Assembly (NCBI GenBank): GCA_964521955.1
Contig: CAZFTX010000005.1
Span: 804 to 64,803 of the forward strand
DNA length: 64,000 bases
Reading direction: 5' to 3'
Source: an uncultured Candidatus Saccharibacteria bacterium
GTDB taxonomy: Bacteria; Patescibacteriota; Doudnabacteria; UBA920
Shown here: positions 35,421 through 45,252 of the stretch, piece by piece
How positions within the stretch are numbered: the stretch's first letter is position 1
How the letters are laid out: each line of letters starts with the position of its first letter
Notes under the pieces: model-generated
Told to the model about the DNA's origin: nothing
The model's input: the letters and a program-made list of their open reading frames with translations, nothing else
Databases searched by the model: none
Translations under genes and position numbers: made by a program

Positions 35421-38261
35421 ATGCGTGATGTTATCTCCATTCGCGGTGCGCGAATGCACAATTTAAAAAATATTAACGTAGACTTGCCTCGTAACAAACT
35501 TATTGTTATGACCGGACTTTCCGGGAGTGGCAAGTCTTCTTTGGCTTTTGACACTATTTATGCAGAAGGTCAAAGGCGCTATGTAGAAAGCTTGTCCGCT
35601 TACGCCAGGCAGTTTATTGGGCTTATGGACAAGCCCGACGTGGACAAGATAGAAGGTTTGTCTCCGGCTATTTCCATTGACCAAAAGTCTGCTTCTCACA
35701 ACCCGCGTTCAACTGTGGGCACGGTTACGGAAATTTACGACTACATGCGTCTTTTGTGGGCGCGTATTGGCGTACCTCACTGTCCGGTTTGCGGCAAAAA
35801 AATTCACGGTCAAACTTTGCAGGCTATGACCGACCAGCTTTTGGCTTTGCCTTCAGGTACAAAATTGGTTTTGCTTGCCCCGTTTATTAAAGATCAAAAA
35901 GGGGAGCATAAACATATCTTTGAACAAATAAAAAAGGCCGGTTTTGCCCGTGTTCGAGTTGACGGGACTGTTATGGATCTTTTTGAAGCCATGGGTCTTA
36001 GTTTAGACAAACAAAAAAAGCATAGTATAGAAGTCGTGGTTGACCGGGTGACAGTTTCCACTGAAGAAAAGGGGCGTTTGGCGGAAAGTTTGGAAAAGGC
36101 GGCTGACTTGGGCGACGGTTTGGTTTTAGTTTCCAAAACAGACAGTAAGGACGCTGACATTGTGCTTTCCCAAAAATATGCCTGTCCGGACGGACATGTG
36201 CAGTTAGCCGAACTTGATCCTAGGGATTTTTCTTTTAACAGTCCTCACGGTGCTTGTCCTGAGTGTAAAGGTTTGGGTACCAAGCTTACAGTTGAGCCTG
36301 ACTTGGTTATACCTAACCCAAAACTGACTTTGGCTGAAGGCGCGGTCAGGCCTTGGAGTAAAACCACTTCTAGGCAAAGCTGGTACATGAAAATTTTAGA
36401 GTCTGTAGCCAGGGAGTTTGGCTTTTCTTTAAATACGCCTGTAAAAGATTTACCGAAAAAATATTTAGATATTGTGCTTTATGGTACCGGAGATAAAAAA
36501 GTACACATGGTTATTGAGTCCACCACCAGTAATTCTAAAATAGACACTTATACTCCCTTTGAAGGCGTACTTTCTTATTTAGAGCGAAGATATTTGGAAA
36601 CCGACTCAGACTACATGCGCAGCGAAATAGAAAACTATATGCGGATTCGTCCTTGTCCGGTGTGTAAAGGTAAAAGGCTGAAAGCGGAAGTTTTGGCTGT
36701 GACTGTTGGTCAAAAGGGCATAGTGGACGTTTCGGGTATGACCATAGAATCTGCCAGCAAATATTTTACCGAACTTTTAAAACAGCTTTCTCAAAAAGAC
36801 CAGGCCATAGCTAAGCAGGTGTTAAAAGAAATTAACGCCAGGCTTTCTTTTTTGCTGAACGTTGGCCTTTCTTATCTTTCTTTGGACCGTACCGCCGACA
36901 CGCTTTCCGGTGGGGAAGCTCAGCGCATACGCTTGGCCACGCAAATCGGCAGTGGACTGACTGGCGTTTTGTATATATTAGACGAACCTTCTATTGGGTT
37001 GCACCAACGCGACAATGGCAGGCTGCTTAAAACTTTAAAAGATTTAAGAGACTTAGGGAATACGGTTATAGTAGTAGAGCATGACGAAGAAACTATTCGT
37101 GAAGCTGATTGGGTCGTAGACATTGGCCCCGGTGCGGGCAAGCACGGTGGGGAATTGGTTGGCGAAGGTACCCCAAAAGATATTGAAAAAAATAACAAGA
37201 GTTTTACTGGATTGTATTTGTCAGGGAAAGAAAGTATAGAAGTACCTAAGCGCAGAAAACCGGGTAACGGCAAAAAACTTTCCATAATCGGTGCTGAAGA
37301 ATTTAACTTAAAAAATGTAAACGTAGAAATTCCTTTAGGGAAGTTCGTTTGTGTTACCGGTGTTTCCGGCAGCGGCAAGTCCACTTTGTTAAACGATATT
37401 TTAGCACGGGCTTTAAACCGGCATTTTTGGGGAACCAAAGAAGAACCCGGCAAGCACAAGAAAATTTTAGGCTTGGAACATTTAGACAAAATTATTAACA
37501 TTGACCAAAGCCCAATTGGTAGAACGCCCAGAAGTAACCCTGCTACTTACACAGGATTGTTTACACCTATTCGCGAACTGTTTGCCGAAACTAGGGAAGC
37601 CCGCATGCGCGGTTACAAAGCCGGCAGATTTAGTTTTAACGTAAAAGGCGGGCGTTGTGAAAAGTGCGCCGGTGACGGGGTTATTCAAGTGGAAATGAAC
37701 TTCTTACCTGACGTGTACATTACTTGTGAAGAATGTAAAGGTAAGCGTTATAACCGCGAAGCTTTGGAAATACATTATAAAGAAAAAACCATTGCCGATG
37801 TTTTGGAAATGACGGTGGATGAAGCTAAAGTTTTTTTTGCCAGTATTCCCCAACTTTATAAAAAAGTGGAAGTGCTTTCCCAAGTGGGTTTGGGCTATAT
37901 GCACTTAGGTCAAAATGCCACCACACTTTCCGGGGGTGAAGCTCAGCGTATAAAGTTAGCCACTGAACTGTCACGTGCTTCTACCGGCAGAACTTTGTAT
38001 TTGTTGGACGAGCCTACTACGGGTTTACATTTTGCGGACGTAAAAAGGCTGATTCACGTACTTAATAAGCTTGTAGAAAAAGGCAACACTGTTGTAGTTA
38101 TTGAGCATAACTTAGATATGATTAAAACTGCAGACTGGATAGTAGACATGGGTCCCGAAGGCGGGGATAAGGGTGGTACTTTGGTAGCCGCCGGAACGCC
38201 GGAAGACGTGGCAAAAGTTAAGTCGAGTTATACGGGACAGTATCTTAAAAAAATATTATAG
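35421..38261 (+). CDS. uvrA: excinuclease ABC subunit A
   Basis: Start at [45 protein letters not shown]. The ORF-track N-terminal extension from 35310 was rejected. Two ABC ATPase modules with Walker [10 protein letters not shown] and the zinc-finger insertions are present. Confidence 0.95.
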   Translation: MRDVISIRGARMHNLKNINVDLPRNKLIVMTGLSGSGKSSLAFDTIYAEGQRRYVESLSAYARQFIGLMDKPDVDKIEGLSPAISIDQKSASHNPRSTVGTVTEIYDYMRLLWARIGVPHCPVCGKKIHGQTLQAMTDQLLALPSGTKLVLLAPFIKDQKGEHKHIFEQIKKAGFARVRVDGTVMDLFEAMGLSLDKQKKHSIEVVVDRVTVSTEEKGRLAESLEKAADLGDGLVLVSKTDSKDADIVLSQKYACPDGHVQLAELDPRDFSFNSPHGACPECKGLGTKLTVEPDLVIPNPKLTLAEGAVRPWSKTTSRQSWYMKILESVAREFGFSLNTPVKDLPKKYLDIVLYGTGDKKVHMVIESTTSNSKIDTYTPFEGVLSYLERRYLETDSDYMRSEIENYMRIRPCPVCKGKRLKAEVLAVTVGQKGIVDVSGMTIESASKYFTELLKQLSQKDQAIAKQVLKEINARLSFLLNVGLSYLSLDRTADTLSGGEAQRIRLATQIGSGLTGVLYILDEPSIGLHQRDNGRLLKTLKDLRDLGNTVIVVEHDEETIREADWVVDIGPGAGKHGGELVGEGTPKDIEKNNKSFTGLYLSGKESIEVPKRRKPGNGKKLSIIGAEEFNLKNVNVEIPLGKFVCVTGVSGSGKSTLLNDILARALNRHFWGTKEEPGKHKKILGLEHLDKIINIDQSPIGRTPRSNPATYTGLFTPIRELFAETREARMRGYKAGRFSFNVKGGRCEKCAGDGVIQVEMNFLPDVYITCEECKGKRYNREALEIHYKEKTIADVLEMTVDEAKVFFASIPQLYKKVEVLSQVGLGYMHLGQNATTLSGGEAQRIKLATELSRASTGRTLYLLDEPTTGLHFADVKRLIHVLNKLVEKGNTVVVIEHNLDMIKTADWIVDMGPEGGDKGGTLVAAGTPEDVAKVKSSYTGQYLKKIL

Positions 38262-38330
38262 AATTATTCTAAGTACGCTAATTACTCTAATTATTCTAAA
38301 ATAGATTTAGGACAATTAGAACAATAAAAA

Positions 38331-38378
38331 ACAGCCCGGACACCTCTGGAGTGAACCAGAGGGCCGGGTTGTTTTGTT
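38331..38378. terminator. bidirectional terminator between uvrA and PEP-CTERM gene
   Basis: CAGCCCGGACACCUCUGG...CCAGAGGGCCGGGUUGUUUUGUUG. Confidence 0.45.
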
Positions 38379-38404
38379 GCACGCGGCCAAAAGTTGGCCG
38401 CGTG

Positions 38405-38617
38405 CTACTTCTTGCGGTTCTTCCGCCACGCGGCAAACCCAATTGCCGCCACGCCGGCGCCCATGAGGCCGATGGTGGCCGGTTCGGGCACTTCGGAAGG
38501 GGTGCTGCCGTCGGTCGGTGCGCAGTTGTTGTCACTGCAGTCGGTGGCTTGGGCGAAATTCACGGAGCTAAGCAGAATCGTCAATGCGGTTGTGAGGAGA
38601 AGTTTCCTCATAGACAC
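38405..38617 (-). CDS. mini PEP-CTERM protein (signal peptide + ~20 aa Cys-containing mature region + PEP-CTERM sorting signal)
   Basis: 70 aa: MSMRKLLLTTALTILLSSVNFAQA/TDCSDNNCAPTDGSTPSE/VPEPATIGLMGAGVAAIGFAAWRKNRKK; roughly 60% GC. Confidence 0.7.
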   Translation of the reverse strand: MSMRKLLLTTALTILLSSVNFAQATDCSDNNCAPTDGSTPSEVPEPATIGLMGAGVAAIGFAAWRKNRKK

Positions 38618-38746
38618 CTCCTAGTGTCGGCTGGAACAACGCCATTTTTTAGGGCTTGCGATGAAACATGCAAGACCTTTTGACCCACAAGAAAATGAGT
38701 CCCTCTTTATGATTGATTTCGTATTCTACTACTTTTAGGGGTGGGT

Positions 38747-38868
38747 GTCAACCCAGTAATACAACATTTGATATTTAATAAAAAAATAGTGTTATGAAAT
38801 ATTAAGCTTTGTATAAGCATGTGTTTTTGTATAAATATAAAATCAAATGTTGATATACTGGGTCAACC
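38747..38868. repeat. 122 bp palindromic (MITE-like) element with ~25-30 bp terminal inverted repeats, copy 1
   Basis: GTCAACCCAGTAATACAACATTTGAT...ATCAAATGTTGATATACTGGGTCAACC. It is 97% identical to 39797..39917 and lies ~130 bp upstream of the minus-strand PEP-CTERM gene start. Confidence 0.7.
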
Positions 38869-38965
38869 TTCTTATGTTAAAAGAAAAGAGCGAACCGTCA
38901 CGTGACTGCGGTTCGCTCTTTTTGCGTTGTTAGGCGCTCTTGTTACTCCCGCATGGAGCGGAAGT

Positions 38966-39658
38966 CTAGAGCTTGTTGTTGCGTCGACGTCGGTGGAGGA
39001 ACAGCAGGCCTCCGAGACCTGCGCCCATGAGTACGTACGTGCCGGGCTCCGGAACTTCGCCCGGACGTTCATCGCCAAACAGGTACTGAGTGAATGTCAC
39101 AGAGTTGAGCCTTGTTTGACCGTTGCTGCGTACGCGAAGAAGCGTTTGTTCCCATGCTCCGAAAGCGCCGACGTTGTCGCGTAGAAACGTTCCCGCCGCG
39201 TAAGTGTTGTCGTACCAGTGATCCACGGATCCGTCGCCGTGAAGCAGGGTTTCCACCGTATGTGGTGTTCCGGCAACGCGCGGAGTGAGGTCAAAGAACA
39301 CAAACGTTTCAATCGCCGGTGCGTTGCTGTAGCGTTCGTAGCCGAGCAGAGAAGCGCCGAACAAGGATCCGTTTTGTGTACGCGGGTTGAGACCGTTGCT
39401 CAAGTTCTGCTGGAACATGTCGATGTTGGCGTTGGGATTGTCTTCGTAGCTCACCGACGCATAGGTTGAGCCGCTGTTGATGAAGATGCCGACCTCGGTG
39501 TTGGAATTCTGGGTGATGGTGATTGTGCCGTCGCCGTTGTCGGTAAACGTGCCGTCGCCGTATGTGGTCCACGTAAGACCACCGAAGTCAATGGTCGCGG
39601 CGTTGGCCGAGAGGGCCGCAACGGTCGCGAGAATCAAGAGAACGAGAAATTGCTTCAT
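38966..39658 (-). CDS. PEP-CTERM domain secreted protein
   Basis: 230 aa; signal peptide, Gly/Thr/Asn-rich body, C-terminal EVPEPGTYVLMGAGLGGLLFLHRRRRNNKL; GGAGG RBS; GC-rich codons. Confidence 0.8.
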   Translation of the reverse strand: MKQFLVLLILATVAALSANAATIDFGGLTWTTYGDGTFTDNGDGTITITQNSNTEVGIFINSGSTYASVSYEDNPNANIDMFQQNLSNGLNPRTQNGSLFGASLLGYERYSNAPAIETFVFFDLTPRVAGTPHTVETLLHGDGSVDHWYDNTYAAGTFLRDNVGAFGAWEQTLLRVRSNGQTRLNSVTFTQYLFGDERPGEVPEPGTYVLMGAGLGGLLFLHRRRRNNKL

Positions 39659-39796
39659 GACACCTCCGTGATGTGTCGGTTAGCACTACGCCTATTTTAG
39701 CCTTGCCTAAAAAATCCAAAGCAAGACTTTTTGCCTAACTAGTTATTAGGCCTCCTTATATAACGACTTATTAGTTTATAGTATTTCGGGCATGGG

Positions 39797-39917
39797 GTCA
39801 ACCCAGTAATACAACATTTGATATTTAATAAAAAATAGCGTTGTGAAATATTAAGCTTTGTATAAGTATGTGTTTTTGTATAAATATAAAATCAAATGTT
39901 GATATACTGGGTCAACC
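39797..39917. repeat. 122 bp palindromic (MITE-like) element, copy 2
   Basis: Near-identical to 38747..38868; ~140 bp upstream of the start of the 38966..39658 gene. Confidence 0.7.
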
Positions 39918-40194
39918 TTGTTAGGTAAATAAAAAAAGCCCCACGCAAATCGACGATTTCGATATTGGTGGGTAACTTTTTCGTTTGGAACTCCTAAGGT
40001 TCCTCCTGGTTGTGTCGCGTGTGAGTTTGCTTCGCACCCAAGCTCGTCTTAACGACGAACGGGAATTAGCCCCAAAGGGGCCAGTGGCTTTACATTCAAC
40101 CCTTTTTTAAAAGGATCTCCTCTACACACAACGGTTGTGGTTGTAAGATGCGTTTTCGGCGGTGCTCGCCTTGCGCACCTCATGATCTTGTTCC

Positions 40195-41520
40195 TCAAGC
40201 CTGCGCGGCTCGGGTGTCAATCACTTGTTGCGCGGCCTCCGAAGGGGGCGTGCTTGCGATGAGCCAGACTCGGCCGTTGGGATTGCTTGAATAACGGATG
40301 TTCAAACCCCTCCAGCCAAGACTTTCCATGCTCCTCCGAAGATCTTGGGCCTGTTCCAAGCCTTGTTTGCCGGCGCCGATTTGGACTTCTGCCGCGCCAG
40401 TTGTTCGGTCAATGTTCGGTTCTCGGTCAATCCCTTGTGAAAGCAGAAACTCCCTGAACTTTCCAACGAGCTCGTTTGGGGAATTCGCTTCAATTGGGAT
40501 AACCTTGTTTATTCTGGAAGGCAGTTTCGCCTGTTGTGGTCGCTTGTTTTCCTTGGAGTGTGCCCAAAGGCAGTATCCGAGTATAACAAGCAGAAAGAAG
40601 CAAGCGCCGCCCACTATTGAGCCAACCAGAATGAGGTTGTTGGTGGGTTGTTTTGTTACCACTTTCGCTTCGCCCTTCGCGAGACCGTTGCTGTCCTTGG
40701 CCGGAGCTTCTTCACAGTCAGCCGATGCGGCTGACATGATGTCAAAGCTCATGGAACCGTTTGGACTATTTGGCCTTTGGAAGCAGGGCATTTTGCTTTG
40801 CGGAATGGGCAGGGGCCCACGCCGGACAGCAGTTTGCGCAGGCGGGGGAGGAAGGGCTTTCGCAACTTGGGGTTTTGCCTGTTTCTGAACTGGTTGTTCA
40901 ACCTTAGGCGTTACTTTGGTTGCTATTTGCTTTTTCTCTTTTGCCGCCGTCGGCACTTTTGCCACTCCTGCCGGTTTCGGGGTTGCTTTCACCGCGACCT
41001 TGGCCGGAGCCTTGGGCGCGAGTGGTTTCGGAGCTGTTGCGACAACAGCCTTGGGGGCTGGAGCGGATTTCTTCACGGGAGTCGGGACAGCGGCCTTGGC
41101 CACTGCCGGCGACTTTTTGGCTGGGGTTCTGGTTTGGAGTGCGGGCTTCTTCGTGCCAATTGGTTCGGGCACGGGAGTCATTGCAGCCACGCCACTGTTG
41201 ACGTCGCTGACCACGTACTTGCCGGTTGGCATGTAGCGCCAAACTTCGGCGCGACAATTGCCGACAAACGCAACCTCGCTTCCAACTTCCGCCTTCGGGA
41301 AGTTGACTCGGATGAGCTTTTGGTTTTCCGGCGTTACCGTGACAGTGAACACCAGCTTTTCAACTTCGCAAAAGGCTCCGCGGAACATGCGAGCGAAGTG
41401 GCTCGCAGTTTGTCCGGGTGCCAAAATCACTTCCTGTGGCAACTTAACTTTCTCTTCTTGGGCAAGCCCAAGAGAGGAGAGAGCTGCTGCAAGAAGCAAA
41501 AGCCGAGATGTGTTAAACAT
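40195..41520 (-). CDS. Pro/Ala/Lys-rich membrane protein (signal peptide, PAK low-complexity region, TM, C-terminal globular domain)
   Basis: 441 aa; MFNTSRLLLLAAALSSLGLA signal, ~120 aa of AP/AK/PK repeats, TM LILVGSIVGGACFFLLVILGYCLW, then a 110 aa C-terminal domain. GC-rich. Confidence 0.55.
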   Translation of the reverse strand: MFNTSRLLLLAAALSSLGLAQEEKVKLPQEVILAPGQTASHFARMFRGAFCEVEKLVFTVTVTPENQKLIRVNFPKAEVGSEVAFVGNCRAEVWRYMPTGKYVVSDVNSGVAAMTPVPEPIGTKKPALQTRTPAKKSPAVAKAAVPTPVKKSAPAPKAVVATAPKPLAPKAPAKVAVKATPKPAGVAKVPTAAKEKKQIATKVTPKVEQPVQKQAKPQVAKALPPPPAQTAVRRGPLPIPQSKMPCFQRPNSPNGSMSFDIMSAASADCEEAPAKDSNGLAKGEAKVVTKQPTNNLILVGSIVGGACFFLLVILGYCLWAHSKENKRPQQAKLPSRINKVIPIEANSPNELVGKFREFLLSQGIDREPNIDRTTGAAEVQIGAGKQGLEQAQDLRRSMESLGWRGLNIRYSSNPNGRVWLIASTPPSEAAQQVIDTRAAQA

Positions 41521-41842
41521 CTTTTTTGGCCTCCTCTTCAGTTGTGAATCTAACTAAACTTCAGACCAAAAACTTCTGGTCCTGAAAAAAATCTAACTAG
41601 GTAGTAGCTTGTTAGCTAGTAGCTTTTTAGATACCTATCAGCAAAAGAAGTTTTTTTGATTTTTAGAACAATTAGGTAAATTAGAACAATTAGAATAATT
41701 CAGTATTTTTTCTTTTTTGACTTTACACTTTAACATTTTCTTTGATTTTTGTCAATGTATATTTTGCAGATTCTAATCTAAAGCGGGACCAGCTCCGTTA
41801 GAGGTTGGTTATTTTAAAAATAACCGTAAGCTCTAAGCGGGG

Positions 41843-41971
41843 GTTGACCCAGTAGAGCTACATTGCAAATATGTTTTTGTTTTATTCAGTATAAATAAGA
41901 GCATTTTTTTATAAAACGTTTAATTAGGAATTCAATTGCAATGTGATTCTACTGGGTTGACAATTTCTCTC
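41843..41971. repeat. palindromic (MITE-like) element, variant copy 3 (GTTGACCCAGTAGAG...CTACTGGGTTGAC)
   Basis: Shares the CCCAGTA terminal core and a CAxCATTGxAA inner arm with copies 1/2. It lies ~175 bp upstream of the third PEP-CTERM gene. Confidence 0.55.
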
Positions 41972-42146
41972 TTATATATTACGATGTTTGGTGCTACAGG
42001 GGTCGATTTTTTGATCCCTGTTTGTACGTTGTGTGTACACACTACGGTAGTTGGACAGCACTGCGCTGTCACAACTTACCGTCAACCGCGGTTCTTTAGA
42101 CCCCACCTTGAAGAGGGTGGGACAAATCCACGGAGGATTGAGTACC

Positions 42147-42854
42147 ATGAAGTTTAAGAGGAAGAAGCCCCAGACCATTGTGTCATGGGGTAAAATGATG
42201 TTTGCGATCGCTCTGATTGCCATGTTGGCCGGCCTCACGGCCGCGCCGGCGAACGCGGCGGTGATTGGACCAGGTGGATCTGGAGTGGCGTCTGATTTCG
42301 GAGTCATTTCCGGCACCGTCTTGGTGGAAACTACTGTGCTCGGGGTCGTGGGTGTTCCCACGGCAACCTTTACCGGTGATTACGCATACTCTGTGATTGA
42401 CGAGGGTGGCGGGATTCTCGCGTTTCTGTACCAGTTCAGCAACTGGGCCAGTTCCGATGATCCGGTGCTTCGCACGACTCATAGCTCATTCACCGGGTTC
42501 GTTACCGACGTTGGCTACACCACAGTCGTACCGGTTGGTACCACGGTGTTCAGCGCCGGCGGCGTAGCCTCGACGGATGTCTCGCGCAGTGGCAGTGGCA
42601 GTGTGGTTCGGTATGACTATGATGCGGGTGTGGATCCGGGTACGTTTACCTACATCATGGCCATTCGTGTCACTGCTGATTACTGGTCGCGTGGTGGTTC
42701 ATTCACGGCTCAAGATGGAAGCGTGGGAGCCGTGACGGCAGCTAATCCCGAATCGGTTCCCGAGCCCGGCACGTACGCGCTCATGGGCGGCGGCCTGTTG
42801 GCCCTCGCTGCCCTGCGTCGGCGCAACAAGGGAGGTGACGACACCTCCAACTAG
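42147..42854 (+). CDS. PEP-CTERM domain secreted protein
   Basis: Start at MKFKRKKP (GGAGG RBS; the ORF-track 42051 start was rejected). Signal/TM, Gly/Ser/Thr/Val-rich body, C-terminal SVPEPGTYALMGGGLLALAALRRRNKGGDDTSN. Confidence 0.75.
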   Translation: MKFKRKKPQTIVSWGKMMFAIALIAMLAGLTAAPANAAVIGPGGSGVASDFGVISGTVLVETTVLGVVGVPTATFTGDYAYSVIDEGGGILAFLYQFSNWASSDDPVLRTTHSSFTGFVTDVGYTTVVPVGTTVFSAGGVASTDVSRSGSGSVVRYDYDAGVDPGTFTYIMAIRVTADYWSRGGSFTAQDGSVGAVTAANPESVPEPGTYALMGGGLLALAALRRRNKGGDDTSN

Positions 42855-43098
42855 CGGTCTTCTGCTGACTGAGCCGAACCCCCGTTCGTAAGGGGTGTCG
42901 GACCGGCTCATGAAGCGGACGGGGAGAAGGGTTACCACGGCTCTTCTCCCTACGATTTCAAGCAGTGTTTAGTTTTGAGTTCGACCTGTACGCTGGTGGC
43001 GCAAGCTATCAATCGCGTTTGGGTCGCGCTGGTCGCAACTTATTGGTTACGGTCGCCCATCTCCAGTGGCGGTTGTTTCCTGGTTGCGGTCAGTATTT

Positions 43099-43139
43099 AG
43101 CGGGCGGGTCTCCACCAGAGACCCCCCGCCTCTTTTTTT
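43099..43139 (+). terminator. intrinsic terminator
   Basis: GCGGGCGGGUCUC-CACCA-GAGACCCCCCGCC followed by UCUUUUUUUA. Confidence 0.5.
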
Positions 43140-43179
43140 ATTCAACACCATTTTTTGACTATTTTTCCTTTACCTCGAC

Positions 43180-43213
43180 CACTATGATACTGTCCAGTAT
43201 CATAGTGGTTTTA
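43180..43213. repeat. 34 bp perfect palindrome AACCACTATGATACTGTCCAGTATCATAGTGGTT, copy 1
   Basis: Identical copy at 53576..53609; followed by TTTATTTTTT. Confidence 0.6.
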
Positions 43214-43980
43214 TTTTTTAAGTTTAATTGTTTGAATTTTAAAATATAATTGTTCGATGTTTTTTTGTTTCTATGTTTGAATGCTCGCATGCTCAAATGC
43301 TTGTATGTTTTTACGAAAGTCATGCTCTAGACAGGTTTGGGGGATTGTGATATTCTGCTTTTTACAAAAAGGGGGAGAAATAACAAAGAATTTTGGTCTT
43401 GGTCGCAGGGTACTTTGGGGAAGTGGTTTTCCTTAGGCCTTGTGACTTAGGGGTGGCAGGCGTTTTGTAAGAAGCGCAGTTTGTAAGACAGAGCCGCGCT
43501 GGTGAAGCTTGCGAGCGCCTGCTTAACCTTTTGGTCTTCCCGGACTCCAGACCCCTCTATGGGTACCGGGATTGGGCGGCGGGGTTGTTTCCCTCCATCC
43601 TCGCCGCTCCAAAATTTCTTCAAGCTCCCTTGCCCGCTCATGTGGGAGTCCATGAGTGCCGTAGCAGGGAAAAGTCCGGGTGAGTTGCCCCCAGCAGGCA
43701 CCACCCGGATCTTATTTATCCAGCACCATTTTTTGACTCCAGAAAATAATGCTGGATTTATCTAAAATTATTGTTCTTTTTAGAATAATTAGGTAAATTA
43801 GAATAATTTATTGGTGTTTATAAACCCTCTTTCCACATATTTTGTCCACATTTGGTGGATAAATACCCCTTTTACCCCCGCTATAGGCGGGCTTTTTTAT
43901 TTGCTAAAGTAATCCTACAAGTGTTTTAGTAATAGTTTTTAGAAACAAAATTTTAAAGAACCAAGGCTTTTTAAAAAAGC

Positions 43981-45204
43981 ATGTCCCAACTCAAGTCTAA
44001 AATCGAAGCAGAGCTTCAAAAAAATACTGACGTTTCTATTATTTCTTTGGTTCAAGACTTGGTTGTTTACGCTCACGAAACCCGCGCTTCAGACATTCAC
44101 ATAGACCCGGTGGAAAAATTTGTCAGAGTTCGTTTAAGAGTTGATGGAGTTCTGTTGGAAAGTTTTAAGTTTCCAAAAAACATTCACTCTGAAGTTGTTA
44201 CCAGAATTAAAATTCTTTCCGGATTAAGGACAGACGAACATCAAGCTGCACAGGACGGACGTTTTCGTATAGACAAAGTTGAAGGGGAGAGGCCGCTGGA
44301 TGTTCGTGTTTCTATTACTCCCACTTACTTTGGAGAGAACGCAGTTTTAAGACTTTTGTCAGACAAAGAAGAAGGTCACACTTTAGACACATTGGGTTTT
44401 TCTAAAAGTAACCAGCAGAAGATTTTAAAAGCAATTAAGCGTCCGTTTGGAATGATACTAGCAACAGGTCCTACCGGCTCGGGTAAAACCACTACGCTTT
44501 ATACGCTTATACAAATGTTGAACAATCCGGAAGTAAACATTGTAACCATTGAAGACCCGGTAGAGTACGCAGTGGAAGGTGTTGAGCAAATTCAGGTGAA
44601 CCCCAGAACTGGTTTAACTTTTGCAAATGGCTTACGCTCCATACTCAGACAAGATCCGAACATAATTATGGTAGGGGAAATCCGCGACTCAGAAACTGCA
44701 GGCATAGCTATAAATGTGTCCTTGACCGGACACTTGCTCTTTTCCACTCTCCATACTAACGACCCGGCAACTACTTTGCCTAGACTACTAGATATGGGTA
44801 TAGAAGCTTATCTTGTGGCTTCAACTGTAAATTTGGCCATTGGTCAAAGACTGGTCAGGAAAATTTGCAGTTCCTGTAAAAAAGAAAAAGTTTTTACTTC
44901 GGCTGAAACCAAAAGTCTTTCCGAACATATCCCTTCAAGTGTTTTAAAAAAGTTTAAAAACTTTTACGAAGGCAAAGGCTGTGAAGCCTGTAATAACACC
45001 GGCTACAAAGGTAGAGTCGCTATACACGAAGTTTTAGAAATAGACGAAGCGGTTAAGGAAGCAATTTTAAAAAAATCTACAGCAACAGAAATTAAAGAAA
45101 TTGCCATGAAAAATGGAATGATTCCTATGGGTCAAGACGGACTCCTGAAAGCTGCTGCCGGAATAACCACCATACAAGAAGTTTTACGCGTTTCTCATGA
45201 ATAG
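43981..45204 (+). CDS. pilB: type IV pilus assembly ATPase, GspE/PilB family (short form)
   Basis: 407 aa; Walker A GPTGSGKTT, Asp box, His box and C-terminal CxxC...CxxC zinc motif (CSSCKK...CEACNNTG). Confidence 0.85.
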   Translation: MSQLKSKIEAELQKNTDVSIISLVQDLVVYAHETRASDIHIDPVEKFVRVRLRVDGVLLESFKFPKNIHSEVVTRIKILSGLRTDEHQAAQDGRFRIDKVEGERPLDVRVSITPTYFGENAVLRLLSDKEEGHTLDTLGFSKSNQQKILKAIKRPFGMILATGPTGSGKTTTLYTLIQMLNNPEVNIVTIEDPVEYAVEGVEQIQVNPRTGLTFANGLRSILRQDPNIIMVGEIRDSETAGIAINVSLTGHLLFSTLHTNDPATTLPRLLDMGIEAYLVASTVNLAIGQRLVRKICSSCKKEKVFTSAETKSLSEHIPSSVLKKFKNFYEGKGCEACNNTGYKGRVAIHEVLEIDEAVKEAILKKSTATEIKEIAMKNGMIPMGQDGLLKAAAGITTIQEVLRVSHE

Positions 45205-45252
45205 TGGTGAATTATTCTAAGTACCCTAATTGATCTAATTATTCTAAAAGGG

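Noticed and set aside
35354-37904. Minus-strand ORFs inside uvrA (35354..35554, 35463..35699, 35894..36160, 36920..37501, 37482..37688, 37704..37904)
   Set aside because: They are antisense to a highly conserved gene and show no domains.
38351-38683. Plus-strand ORFs 38351..38683 and 38394..38624
   Set aside because: They are antisense to the mini PEP-CTERM gene in a 60% GC stretch. The minus-strand product has a textbook signal peptide and sorting signal.
40195-40560. Possible SPOR-like peptidoglycan-binding domain at the C-terminus of the PAK-rich protein
   Set aside because: The similarity is weak (EVQIGAGKQG...GWRGLNIRY). The predicted topology would place the domain in the cytoplasm. 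It is left as an unclassified domain.
40298-41557. Several 90-250 aa plus-strand ORFs overlapping the Pro/Ala/Lys-rich gene
   Set aside because: GC-rich low-complexity DNA is open in many frames. Only the minus-strand frame gives a signal peptide, TM and coherent domain order.
38290-43750. Possibility that the PEP-CTERM island is simply a chimeric mis-join to a high-GC contaminant contig
   Set aside because: It was not adopted as the primary explanation. AT-rich native-type motifs (TTAGAACAATTAG arrays, palindromic elements) are interleaved within the island. A further PEP-CTERM gene sits inside the pilus operon. This cannot be excluded without read-level data.
43447-43765. ORFs 43447..43704(-) and 43502..43765(+) at the right edge of the GC-rich island
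   Set aside because: They are mutually overlapping with no RBS or domain, so coding is not supported. A CACCATTTTTTGACT motif recurs at 43144 and 43721 and may mark non-coding boundary sequence.
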